NCBI GenBank assembly: GCA_012797845.1
Contig: JAAZOH010000038.1
Location: 11,919 to 75,918 of the forward strand
Direction of reading: 5' to 3'
From: Candidatus Beckwithbacteria bacterium
Lineage (GTDB): Bacteria > Patescibacteriota > Microgenomatia > UBA1400 > UBA1449
Length of the DNA: 64,000 bases
The position numbers and the translations under genes are program-made. Of this stretch, positions 19,138 through 29,346 are shown one piece after another. Each line of letters begins with the position of its first letter. The stretch's first letter is position 1. The notes beneath the pieces are model-generated. The model searched no databases and was not told the origin of the DNA. It saw only the letters and a program-made list of their open reading frames with translations.

Positions 19138-20271
19138 TTACTTATAATTTTTAACCGGTTCTAAAATAGTATTTCCTTCATAGCCAAGGGCCCAGAAGGC
19201 CATACCACCCAGCTTATATTTTTCAACAAGATCAATTTTTTCTTGGATAGCTTGAGCATCCGGATAAAAAATTTGGTGATAGGTTTTATATGCTTGGTCA
19301 TAATAAATAAGGTATGATTCTTGGGAATTAGCTTCTATCTGGGCACTACAAGTGGCGCAACTGGCCAAAAACTCCTCTACCCTTTCATTACTAGCTGTGA
19401 TGCCTGAACTAGGAATGGTGGCTGATCTAGGATAGTCAGTTAGGGTTTCCCATTCATAACCATATAAAGGAATGCCAAGGATAATTTTATTTTTGGGGAT
19501 AACTTCTAGCGCTTTTTGGATACCAGTTTCAACATCAAACTCACTATCAATTCCAACTCCACCTACTGGGGCTACGGCGCCACTTACTTGTGAGCCAGGG
19601 TAATGATAATCATAAGTCATGAGGACAATATAATCGACATACGGTTCTACTGTTTCAAGATTGATCAGCCTACTTTTGATTAAATCTGTAGGGCTGGCAT
19701 CAATAGTTAGGGTTGTATTAATCCGACTTTTAAACTCTTTGACAAAGGCAGTGAAATTTAATCGAGCCGATTCTGAAGCATAAAAAACATTTTCAATATC
19801 AAGATTTAGATCAGTAAATCCATACTGTTTCATAATTGGATTAATTTCAGAAGCTAAAGTTGCAGCATGAGAAGCTGGCTCGGAAACTAATTCGTTAATA
19901 ACGTCCGGATCACCGCTAAAAATTAAAAGGGAGTTTTGTAGATTTTTGGAAGGAGTAAATTTACCGGAATTTAGAGCATGCCAACCCGGCTCAGCTTCAC
20001 CGGGATTAGTATATTTTTGAATACTACCATCAGAATTAACAGTTAATCCAAAATAAGTAATATTGGTCAAATACTCTCTATAATCTTTGTCAGTTTTATC
20101 AAGGAGCCAGTATGGTAGAAAACCAATAATATGCTGGGTGTTTTGTTTTTGAAGAGGTGAAAGAATAACTGATTGAGGATTTTTATCAACGAGATAATTG
20201 ACTAAAAAGAAAGTAATGGCAAATCCTACAATAGTTATAAAGGTAAAGATCAGGATGTTTTTTATATTCAC
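19138..20271 (-). CDS. glycoside hydrolase family 18-like protein (copy 2)
   Basis: Paralog of 9716-10849 with the same GH18 motifs. Confidence 0.6.
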   Translation of the reverse strand: MNIKNILIFTFITIVGFAITFFLVNYLVDKNPQSVILSPLQKQNTQHIIGFLPYWLLDKTDKDYREYLTNITYFGLTVNSDGSIQKYTNPGEAEPGWHALNSGKFTPSKNLQNSLLIFSGDPDVINELVSEPASHAATLASEINPIMKQYGFTDLNLDIENVFYASESARLNFTAFVKEFKSRINTTLTIDASPTDLIKSRLINLETVEPYVDYIVLMTYDYHYPGSQVSGAVAPVGGVGIDSEFDVETGIQKALEVIPKNKIILGIPLYGYEWETLTDYPRSATIPSSGITASNERVEEFLASCATCSAQIEANSQESYLIYYDQAYKTYHQIFYPDAQAIQEKIDLVEKYKLGGMAFWALGYEGNTILEPVKNYK

Positions 20272-20616
20272 CCACTCATTTTAACATGGCCTTTTTAAAA
20301 AGATATTAAATTTGGAACTTTTAAAGTTAAACATTAAAAACCCTTTTTGAGATATATGAAAATTATTCTTATGAAACAAATGCCGCAAATTCTAATGAGC
20401 AAAAAGGCCAGGGGGATTAAACTTTGTTTTAATAAGAATAGCTGGTTATAGCGATTATAACTAGAAAAATGGAAATTATAACTTTATGTAAAGATAATAA
20501 CGATATCTTATAAAGACTAAGAAGCCAATAATTTTTGGTTTAAAAAACTAACCCTAAAAATACAAATTCGGATGTAGCTACTTATTTAAGAATGGATAAA
20601 AATTCAGCTGCCATTT

Positions 20617-22170
20617 TTATTTAATATCTTTTCTAATTGTTAGAAAAATACTAATGATGATGATAAAGGAAATTATATAACCTAAAATACCAAAAATAGA
20701 AAAACCACTAATTAAAGGTGGTAAATTGCTTCTAATAATAAGTGATGAAGCAACAATAGCCCCAGTAGCAAGAATACCACTAGTTAATCTGCTGCTAGCT
20801 TTATTAATCGTTTGATTTAGATCTTCTAAACCTTCGTGATCAAGTTTGATTTCATATTTCCCCTTTATGATTTTTTGTAAAAGAAGCAGAAGATCATTGG
20901 GAAAAGACTTCATAACCCAAAGGTTTTCTTTTAAAAATTGATTTAAATCACTTATTATTTTGGCAGGCTGAAACTGTTTGCTTAACATTTTTTGAGCATA
21001 AGGGATCATGTTAGCTGTAGGATTAAATTGGGGATCAATTTGATTGCCGACGCCTTCTAAAATAATCAGGCAACGTATAACTAAAAGCATGCTCGATGGA
21101 AGTCTGATTTGATAGTGATAAACAAGGGTAATAAATTTATTAAGAATTTCTGAAATGTTGACGTTTTGCAAATCAGTGCCGTAGTAGCGGTTGAAAATAT
21201 CATCCAGATCCTCTTTAAAATTATCAGTCTTGCAATCATCTGGAACCATACCTTCGTTGATAAATAAAGAAATGATGCTGTTAATATTTCTGTCTGAAAT
21301 GGCAATCAAAAGATTGGTTAAAAAATCCTTAACTTCTGTGTTCAAAAATCCCACCATGCCAGCATCAATAAAACAGACAACATCATCTTTCATGATAATC
21401 AAGTTGCCTTTATGAGGATCAGCGTGGAAAAAGCCGTCCTCAAAAATCTGTTTATATACAGCGGCAATGCCCCGCTCTGCTACTAAGTTTCGGTTATGTG
21501 TAGAATCTTCTTTAAGGATAGAATCAATCTTGGCTCCATAAATATACTCCAGAGTTAAAACATAGCGGTTGGAATATTCGCGATAGACTTTGGGAAAGTA
21601 AATTTCGAGAATATCACTAAAATTCCTCCGGAAATGATCAAAATTATCAGCTTCTAACCTAAAGTCAATTTCTTTTTCAATTGACTTTTCAAATTCAGAA
21701 ACTAAATGAACTAGTTCATAGCGTTTTAATTCAGGGATATTTTTTTCAGCCAACAAAGCTAATAAATGCAGCAACTCAATATCTTTACGGATATTTTTTT
21801 CCAAATTAGGCCGTTGGATTTTCACAGCGACTTTTTCTCCTGTTGATAGCTCTGCTAAGTGTACTTGGGCAATTGAAGCTGAGGCTAAAGGCTCCTGACT
21901 AAAATTTGTAAATACTTCAGAAAGTGGTTTCTTAAAAGTCTTTTTAACAATTTTTCCAACTTGGCTAAAACTAAAAGGCTCAACTTTATCCTGCAATTTT
22001 TCCAATTCATGAATAACATTGCGAGGAAGTAGGTCCGGATGGCAACTGAGAGTTTGTCCGAATTTAATATAAGTAGGGCCTAAATCTTGAAAAATACACT
22101 TAATCTTTTGACCTACAGTCAAATGAGTAACTTTTTTCTTATTACCGACAATGAATTTAGGCAAATGCAA
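20617..22170 (-). CDS. ABC1/UbiB-family protein kinase
   Basis: LGPTYIKFGQTLSCHPDLLP and SASIAQVHLAEL...KVAVKIQRP motifs. TTG start; an in-frame N-terminal extension is interrupted by TAA at 22183-22185. Confidence 0.65.
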   Translation of the reverse strand: MHLPKFIVGNKKKVTHLTVGQKIKCIFQDLGPTYIKFGQTLSCHPDLLPRNVIHELEKLQDKVEPFSFSQVGKIVKKTFKKPLSEVFTNFSQEPLASASIAQVHLAELSTGEKVAVKIQRPNLEKNIRKDIELLHLLALLAEKNIPELKRYELVHLVSEFEKSIEKEIDFRLEADNFDHFRRNFSDILEIYFPKVYREYSNRYVLTLEYIYGAKIDSILKEDSTHNRNLVAERGIAAVYKQIFEDGFFHADPHKGNLIIMKDDVVCFIDAGMVGFLNTEVKDFLTNLLIAISDRNINSIISLFINEGMVPDDCKTDNFKEDLDDIFNRYYGTDLQNVNISEILNKFITLVYHYQIRLPSSMLLVIRCLIILEGVGNQIDPQFNPTANMIPYAQKMLSKQFQPAKIISDLNQFLKENLWVMKSFPNDLLLLLQKIIKGKYEIKLDHEGLEDLNQTINKASSRLTSGILATGAIVASSLIIRSNLPPLISGFSIFGILGYIISFIIIISIFLTIRKDIK

Positions 22171-22394
22171 TTTTTCTACGATTTAATCAAGTTCATATTT
22201 AGATAAAATTTGGGCAATTTCTTGCAGTCTTTCAAAATGATCTTTTATGAGTGATTTTTCAAGCATACTTTAAGTATACTATGTTTGAGAATATATTGAA
22301 CATTAGCAAAAATAACTCTTTTAAAATAGATGGAGCCAACTCTTTTTCCTTACAGATATTCCCCTACAAAATTAGGAGCTTTTGCATTTATTGT

Positions 22395-22535
22395 GACCTT
22401 CTGATCATGACATATACTCGGCCATGATCTTTGGCAAAAGAAAGAGAGATATCGTATCCTGCTTCGGTCCAATGCAAACCGCCTAACTCATCAGTACTAA
22501 AATTATCTTTATCACTATACTTTTTTGATAGCTTT
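22395..22535 (-). pseudogene. 3'-terminal remnant of a paralog of the 10947-11750 gene
   Basis: Nucleotide similarity to 10950-11090. Encodes ...SFAKDHGRVYVMIRR versus ...TFSKDHGRVYAMFRR. Confidence 0.5.
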
Positions 22536-22706
22536 AGTGGTAGTAATTAGCTTAACTTGGTTTGAGTTTTTAAAATTTTGGAAAGGTAGGAAAATGCTGA
22601 TTTAAAAAGCATTTACCAATAGTACAAAACAACCTCAAATAAGATGCGTTAGAGTTGTTTTATGTGTCTAATATCATTACTTTTTTAGTCACGTGTCTTC
22701 CACCTT

Positions 22707-23417
22707 ATGCCTATATTGTTGTATAGTAAAAATATGTCGGCATTTTCGTTTTTGATAGCAATCCTTATGTTTGGATTTTTTTCCTACGAAATCTGGAAAA
22801 AAAGCAATAAGGTTATTTCAATCTTATATACAATTATGAGTGTTGCTATAATTTCCCTTCTTCTTTATAAAGAACAACTTGATTTTAGTGTTGGTGAGAA
22901 TTTAGCTGATTTTAATAAGCCTTATATACAAATTATTATACAATTGATAATAGTTGGTGTTCCAGTTTATTTTCAAATAAAAAAGGAAGTTAAAACCACG
23001 AACCAATTCCAGGCTGATCAAGTTAAAAATATTACCATCAATATTGCTTTTTACCGAGCTGTCTATGCGTTTGGACCAATTTTGGCAGCCTACCTTATAG
23101 TCTTTAATCCAATGATTGAAAGCCTTTCCAAAATTCTAGGTAGCTCCTTTTTTGCAGCAGTAATTATTTCCATTTATGCCGCAATTTTATTTTTCCTGAC
23201 ACAGAAATTAGTAATCTATGCCTACCGTAAAAATAATAATACAATGCCAAATTTTGAATATCCTAGGGAAAATACACCACAAAATCAGGATTTACCCCAA
23301 TTAGGAGTTAATAACATTGGAGTGCCCATGCTAACAGCTATGGTTTACTTAGCTTTTTCGTTTATTTCCCTGCTTGCAGTTGCGTTTGCCTTGTATCAAA
23401 TGGGTTATGAATTGTAA
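22707..23417 (+). CDS. membrane protein
   Basis: Multiple TM helices. Confidence 0.4.
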   Translation: MPILLYSKNMSAFSFLIAILMFGFFSYEIWKKSNKVISILYTIMSVAIISLLLYKEQLDFSVGENLADFNKPYIQIIIQLIIVGVPVYFQIKKEVKTTNQFQADQVKNITINIAFYRAVYAFGPILAAYLIVFNPMIESLSKILGSSFFAAVIISIYAAILFFLTQKLVIYAYRKNNNTMPNFEYPRENTPQNQDLPQLGVNNIGVPMLTAMVYLAFSFISLLAVAFALYQMGYEL

Positions 23418-23783
23418 TAAAAACAACCCCAGGCAGGTTACATCGAGGTTGTTTTATGTGGTACTAAAACCATTTTTTTTGATCTTCTTTGCAGCTCATG
23501 CTTTGAACTGACATACCTACTTTAGGTTGAGCAGTTTGCTTATTTTCCTACAATTAAATATATTGGCCATAATTTCCTTATTAGTCTTCATTTGATTTGA
23601 GTGAAAAGTATATTTTATTTCATAGCTCAAGTATATGTCTGTCTTTTTTTGCAACATGTCAGGTCAAAATAATTTTTATACATAAATCAATCTAAGTCCA
23701 TTAATATTCAAAAATAAAAATCAAAAGCGATTACAAATTAACGAACATTGTTCATGATATTGAATAAGTTGGCAATAGCTTAA

Positions 23784-25436
23784 TTAAGCAAGAGGAATAG
23801 TTTTTCGAATAATTTTAAAACCTCCGATGATAGATAAGAAGAGGGTGAAATATAAAGCTAAATCAGTGAAGAGTGGGGCTTGATAAGAACTGCTACTACC
23901 TCCTGATGGTGCTTCTGCTTCCTCGCCTCCAGTTCCACTCAATCCAGCAATGACCCAGTAATCTATTCCGTTTACTGTTGTTTTACTTACACTACTATCA
24001 CTAGTAGTCAGAAAATATTCATTACTACAGCCAGAAGTTACTTGTGCTAAAGAACTAGCATTTGGGCAAATTCTGACACGAGAGCCACCATTGTCAGGAA
24101 TGTACAAACTAAAGCTTTCTCCGGAGCTACCAGGGATTGAAGTAAAACCGCCATCATAGTGCAAGACAGCTTTTTCACCGTCACTATCAACGGTTAGATC
24201 TGTCCAATCCCTATCTGCAGAAAAATCAACAGAAAAAGCAGCAACGCGGTAAGTACTTTTAGCAATAGCTACAGTTTGGATTCCAGTTTGACCGGAGCTG
24301 GTAACATCTGATTCTTCATCAGAAGCGAGAGTAATCTGAGTAGACTCAGGAGGATTAGTAATAACGTAACTGGGAGTATAAGTTGATTCCTCTCCAAAAG
24401 CCATGCTTGGTTCTGGATTGACATATTTGCGCACAAGAAACCAATCAGTATATATATAACCGGAAGCGCCAGCTCCTGGGTTTACCCACATGCCAGCATA
24501 CAAATTAGCAGTAGGAATACTGGCTGGAGTAGTAATAGCAGTAGCAGAAATATCGTCATACATGATTTGCGCATTATCCGTATAACGACGATATTCGAAA
24601 ACTTTCCAAGAAGCATTTTGGTTGCCAGCTGCTTGACCGACCCCGCTTCCGCTGGCATAGGTGACGAGATTATGTTCATCACTAGCCCAGTTGTATTTAT
24701 TGTTATCAAGAATTACAGCATTGGCAAGATCAAAATAAGAAGTATGAGTATTATCAGCAAAGCCGCTGTATGAACAAAAATTAGCGCTAGAAGCAGAAAA
24801 GTACTGTTTGGCCCTAATGGCATACTGAGGCCCAAAAGCAGTTTTGGTTCTAAAGTAGGCTAAAACCCAAGATCCTGAGGATGATCCCGAAACCCTAGCG
24901 TAACCACCGGATTCATTATACGTAGCAGAACCAGATTGAGCAACATCCCAAAGAGAAGTATTGACAGAATTATCATCAAAATTATCGTAAAAAGGAAACG
25001 TATTGATGGCACTACTTAAGCTAGTGGCATCACCATCACCATAGTAAAGGTAAAAAGTGGCGGTACTAGGAGACTCAGGAATGCTGTCACATTCTACCCA
25101 AACAGTCACCGTATCTGTCGTAGAAGACTCAATCCAATAATCAAGCAATGTTTGTCCATCAGATTGGGTAAAACGGATGTCATTAAAACTATCTAAAACA
25201 TTGTTATTTAGGTACACAGTAGCGCTAGTATCGGTGCCAGCATTTTTATTGACAGTGATTTTAACTTGATAATTAGTTTGCGAACCTGCAGAAGAGCCAG
25301 TAATAGTAATTTGTTTGCGATACGTATAGCCATCAAGCCAAGATTCACCAGTGGCATAAACCTGGCTAGTAAAAGCAAGGCCAACGGCTATAAAAAGAAC
25401 AATTTTGGATATGTTGGAATAGTTAAATAGGCCCAT
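23784..25436 (-). CDS. DUF2341/LamG-like secreted surface protein with C-terminal TM-plus-basic tail
   Basis: N-terminal signal; GESWLDGYTYRKQITI...DIRFTQSDGQTLLDYWIE typical of DUF2341. C-terminal hydrophobic segment followed by RK. Confidence 0.5.
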   Translation of the reverse strand: MGLFNYSNISKIVLFIAVGLAFTSQVYATGESWLDGYTYRKQITITGSSAGSQTNYQVKITVNKNAGTDTSATVYLNNNVLDSFNDIRFTQSDGQTLLDYWIESSTTDTVTVWVECDSIPESPSTATFYLYYGDGDATSLSSAINTFPFYDNFDDNSVNTSLWDVAQSGSATYNESGGYARVSGSSSGSWVLAYFRTKTAFGPQYAIRAKQYFSASSANFCSYSGFADNTHTSYFDLANAVILDNNKYNWASDEHNLVTYASGSGVGQAAGNQNASWKVFEYRRYTDNAQIMYDDISATAITTPASIPTANLYAGMWVNPGAGASGYIYTDWFLVRKYVNPEPSMAFGEESTYTPSYVITNPPESTQITLASDEESDVTSSGQTGIQTVAIAKSTYRVAAFSVDFSADRDWTDLTVDSDGEKAVLHYDGGFTSIPGSSGESFSLYIPDNGGSRVRICPNASSLAQVTSGCSNEYFLTTSDSSVSKTTVNGIDYWVIAGLSGTGGEEAEAPSGGSSSSYQAPLFTDLALYFTLFLSIIGGFKIIRKTIPLA

Positions 25437-25544
25437 TTAAAAATAATTTTCTATAGACTAGAATTATTATGAAATGTGTTTTGCTAAATTGCAATTACTG
25501 ATAAAATAAACACTAATTTTATTCAGTATTTATGATTCAAATTT

Positions 25545-27059
25545 ATGAAAAAAATAATCTTTATTATTGTAGGTATTATTGTTTTAGCAATTTTCAGTTT
25601 TTATTTTCTTTGGCAATCTAAACTTTTAACCCCCAATGCAGATCCACAGCAAGTAGTGTTGCAGGAAACCTATGATATTTCCAAAGATTATCTAACGTTA
25701 CGCTATCAAACAGATAATGTTTTAACTCATGCTAAAGATTTTGGAACTTATGACGCTTGGAATGAAGAAATGACTGAAATTATTAGCGGGTGGAAAGAAC
25801 TTGAAGATAGGGCTGCTAAGCTGGGAACAAATGCTGAAAAATTATCCCAAGAAAAGATGAGCTTTGATATAGCTCCTCCTGTTTATGCATATGACAAAGA
25901 AGAAATTTCTAGGATTGTTGACAGTGCTCCACTAGGTAAAAAAATCATGACTTTGGCTAAACATTTAGGAGTAGATGCCAAAAGAGCTCAGTTGATCCTG
26001 AATCAAGATCAGGCGATGGTAGCTAGAGAAACCTGGGGGGAAGAAGGAGATACTTTTCAAACTTTGGAAAATGATGCCATGAGAATCAAAAATGGGTGCA
26101 AGGTAGTAGGCTTTGTTGGCACAACTGTCTTAAGCGGAGGGACTTCTGTTCTGGCAACGACGGCAACAGTTGTAGTGGGAGCTGATTTAACTCTGGAAAT
26201 TGCTGATGATGAGGCACGTATTGCCCTTGGAGATAAAAATAAGGTTTCAAAAATTGTAGGGCAGCTGCGAACTGTCACCGAGCCTGCAGCCGGAATTTTG
26301 ACCATAGCAACAATCCCGGGCAATCTTACCAAAAGCATAGACAGACTTTCTGCGGCCACTTTTGGGATAGATCAGATTAGGTCAGTGGTTCAGGATGAAA
26401 AAATCATTGGTATTAGCATAAAAGTAGACGAAACAGGAGACATAAAAGCTGAGGGAGCGGCTTTGGCTCCCGAAGAAGTTAATCAATGGCTTAAAGACAA
26501 TAATGCCAGCGAGAGTAATGAAACGATTGAAGAAGCTTTAGGCATTAATGAAAATAAAGAAGCTGAAATTGATAAAAAGGCAGAGGAAAAAGAAACTATC
26601 AAAGAAGAAACTAAGTCTAATGAAGTTAAAAATAAAAATGTAAGCTCTGGTAATATAGAAAATATTGCAAATCAGATTATCAAAGTGGTTAATGTGAGCG
26701 GATCATCTTATATGATGGATGTATGTTTTACGCCTACTTGCTGGGATGATCTGGATGCTAGTCCTGAAGAAGATAGAGATCTAGGTGGTATCTATACTAT
26801 GGGTAAAGTTTTTGGCAATGGAGAAAGTTTTAAAAGAGGTTTTCTTCCTTCAGATCTAAAAGCCTCTGGTCGATTAGAGGAAACATCAGCCAATAGCTAT
26901 AAAACCACACTTTACTTTGCGATAGCGCCTTTTGAAGGACCTAAAAACAAGACCATTGATTATGGCACCTGGCTAAGCGAATCTGTAGAGATTAATGCAA
27001 AGTATGGAGATGAACCAGTGGTTAAATGGGATGGGACTAGTTTAAAACAAGCGCAATAA
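25545..27059 (+). CDS. hypothetical secreted/anchored protein
   Basis: N-terminal TM, 504 aa. Confidence 0.4.
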   Translation: MKKIIFIIVGIIVLAIFSFYFLWQSKLLTPNADPQQVVLQETYDISKDYLTLRYQTDNVLTHAKDFGTYDAWNEEMTEIISGWKELEDRAAKLGTNAEKLSQEKMSFDIAPPVYAYDKEEISRIVDSAPLGKKIMTLAKHLGVDAKRAQLILNQDQAMVARETWGEEGDTFQTLENDAMRIKNGCKVVGFVGTTVLSGGTSVLATTATVVVGADLTLEIADDEARIALGDKNKVSKIVGQLRTVTEPAAGILTIATIPGNLTKSIDRLSAATFGIDQIRSVVQDEKIIGISIKVDETGDIKAEGAALAPEEVNQWLKDNNASESNETIEEALGINENKEAEIDKKAEEKETIKEETKSNEVKNKNVSSGNIENIANQIIKVVNVSGSSYMMDVCFTPTCWDDLDASPEEDRDLGGIYTMGKVFGNGESFKRGFLPSDLKASGRLEETSANSYKTTLYFAIAPFEGPKNKTIDYGTWLSESVEINAKYGDEPVVKWDGTSLKQAQ

Positions 27060-27085
27060 TCTCAACTTAGTGAGAATTGGATAAA

Positions 27086-28018
27086 CTATTTGGTTACGTA
27101 TTGGTATGTTCCTTTTAGAAAACCCAAAAAATAAACTACAAACAATATCCAAGTAGCATGGTCATGAAATAAGCTCATGGCCAAGTCAGGGTTGCTTTGA
27201 CCAATCACCATAAGCAAAAAAATCCGCAAACTATTTAACATAAAGGCGCCAAAGCTCCCAATGACCAAGAAAAATATAGCTTTGGGAATTTGAACTGCTT
27301 GCGGTTTGATAAAACAAAAAACCGTATACAGTGTAGCAAAAAGCAAAATCAGCATAGTACCAGCACAAGCTTCCCCGATACCAACGTTAAAATTATGCAG
27401 GATTAAGGCCACATTAGTGCCATCAATAATAATTTCAGTCTGAGTGAAAACTAAGTTTAGTAAAAAAGCAGCTACTAAAGCTGAACATTTAGCTAGATAT
27501 TCCCAATATGGAAACAGTATAAAAAACAAACCGTAATAGATAATATTAAATGCCAAAAATTGAATAGCTAAAATGTAAAATTTACGCAAAAACGCAAAAC
27601 CAAAAATACTCAGAAATAAACTAAGATAAAAAAGATTTTTAACCCCATACACTAAAAGCAAATGAAACCAGTGAGCTGAAAAATTGTAATGCACTAAAAG
27701 CCAAGCCACAACCTGGTAAAGCTCTAAATAAACTCCCAAAAAAACTAAACTTAAAATTCCCCAAGATAAAGTTTGATTTAGCTGTTTAATAAATCTAAAA
27801 TCTTTCAGTTCTGGGCTATATACCGCTACTATAATAAGTAAGATAATAGGGCTGATAACCGTAGGGTAAGCAAACCGAGCGTACTGATCTAAATGAAAAA
27901 TGGGCGTTAATAATGTAAGTAATAAGGGAATAATACACAAGTAGAGACCTAGAAAAACTATTAATCTCTGGTAAAACTGGTTTTGCAAAAATGTCTGAAG
28001 ATATGTTTTTTTAGCCAT
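27086..28018 (-). CDS. polytopic membrane protein, possibly exosortase/archaeosortase family
   Basis: ~8 TM helices. GEACAG (cf. exosortase CSG motif) and NSLR (cf. NxxR) motifs. Assignment tentative. Confidence 0.35.
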   Translation of the reverse strand: MAKKTYLQTFLQNQFYQRLIVFLGLYLCIIPLLLTLLTPIFHLDQYARFAYPTVISPIILLIIVAVYSPELKDFRFIKQLNQTLSWGILSLVFLGVYLELYQVVAWLLVHYNFSAHWFHLLLVYGVKNLFYLSLFLSIFGFAFLRKFYILAIQFLAFNIIYYGLFFILFPYWEYLAKCSALVAAFLLNLVFTQTEIIIDGTNVALILHNFNVGIGEACAGTMLILLFATLYTVFCFIKPQAVQIPKAIFFLVIGSFGAFMLNSLRIFLLMVIGQSNPDLAMSLFHDHATWILFVVYFLGFLKGTYQYVTK

Positions 28019-28158
28019 AAAACGTTTAGTAAAATTATAGCGAGTAGAAACTTAGCAACGCAAACTTTTGGTTTAAAAAACAGTATTTGGATTGAGGAAT
28101 GTGAATTTTGCTGATTAAACGTAAATTTATATACTAAAATACAATAGAACTACTAGGA

Positions 28159-29268
28159 TTAAAATGCATACAGTTCAAAATTTAATGTTTTTTCAGCAGT
28201 ATTGTCTCGTTTATCTGTGATTTTGAGATGATAGCTATGGGCTTCACCAGCTGGGCCGGAAAGACAACGACGATAGCCAGTTTCTACTGAGTGATCCCAG
28301 CTTATTTCATGATAATTTTCTGCATCTAGTTTTTCATAATATTTCATTTCAGTTGGTTCAGAAATATTATCATTGAAACCAAAACTAAGACAGGTTTGCT
28401 TATTGACATTGTCACGAGTAGTATTAATACCCATAATATTTGGTGGAGTTATATCATTTATCACGATATATTTTTTGCTCATATTATTATTATTGTAATT
28501 ATTTTCAGGGACGGTATGATCTGGGTTGACCTTAACTTCAACTATGTATGTTCCTGGAGAACTAGGTAAACTATAAAAGCCATTGACATTATTTACCTCA
28601 AAGGGATTAATAGTTTCAGTCATAGTTTCGCTGATAAATTCGCCATTGATCCAAAGCTGATATTTAATGTTGTTCAGAGGGTTTGGACCATTATTTTTAA
28701 ACGACTGAGAAGCTATAATGCCGCTTGGTCCCCTACGCTCTTCAAAAGTTTGAATATCTGGATCACCATTAGAGTTGTAGCTGGTGGAATCATTGGGGGA
28801 ATTATATTGGTTACTGATATACAGGTTAGTCAGTTCAATATCGTCTGGAATTGGAGTTGGTGTAGGTGTTGGCTTTGGAATGGTGGTAGCTGCAGGAGTG
28901 GTTGTTGATTTTGGACTCGGTGTTGGTGATGAAGTTGAGCTTGGTTGATAAACATCTTCAAGAATTAAATCAGCAAATGAGCCTGAATGTGAAGCAGTTT
29001 TTTTAGAATCTTGGACTGAAGCATTATTGGATTGAATTTTTTTATCTATCCCCCCACTCTTTTTATTTTTTACGTAAAGAATAATCAAACCAGTAGACAG
29101 TATTAAAAAAATTGCTAGTAAACCCACCTTAATTAAAAGGTTTTTTTTATTTGAAACAGAAAATTCGCTGCTAGTTATTTGAGTAGAATCAGAGCTTTCA
29201 TAGTTAACTGTATTTAGTTCAGATTTCTTGCTTTCTGATACAACATTTATTTCATCAGTAATTTCCAT
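28159..29268 (-). CDS. anchored protein with Thr/Pro-rich linker
   Basis: N-terminal TM, PTPTPTP linker, C-terminal globular domain. Confidence 0.4.
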   Translation of the reverse strand: MEITDEINVVSESKKSELNTVNYESSDSTQITSSEFSVSNKKNLLIKVGLLAIFLILSTGLIILYVKNKKSGGIDKKIQSNNASVQDSKKTASHSGSFADLILEDVYQPSSTSSPTPSPKSTTTPAATTIPKPTPTPTPIPDDIELTNLYISNQYNSPNDSTSYNSNGDPDIQTFEERRGPSGIIASQSFKNNGPNPLNNIKYQLWINGEFISETMTETINPFEVNNVNGFYSLPSSPGTYIVEVKVNPDHTVPENNYNNNNMSKKYIVINDITPPNIMGINTTRDNVNKQTCLSFGFNDNISEPTEMKYYEKLDAENYHEISWDHSVETGYRRCLSGPAGEAHSYHLKITDKRDNTAEKTLNFELYAF

Positions 29269-29325
29269 ATAGCTTAATTATTACGTATTTGTTGGAAATT
29301 TACACCTTGAAAAACGAAAGTTGGG

Positions 29326-29346
29326 ATTTATCAAACTTTGATAAAT
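29326..29346. promoter_or_regulatory. perfect inverted repeat atttatcaaa-c-tttgataaat in divergent promoter region
   Basis: 10-bp arms with a 1-nt spacer. Confidence 0.5.

Larger units (their letters stand above)
18428..20290. repeat. segmental duplication copy 2 (FecR-like + GH18-like cassette)
   Basis: Homologous to 9010-10875. Confidence 0.8.

Noticed and set aside
20440-20465. Near-palindrome ctggttatagcgattataactag in the UbiB downstream region
   Set aside because: Imperfect, with several mismatches, and in very AT-rich intergenic DNA. Insufficient to call.
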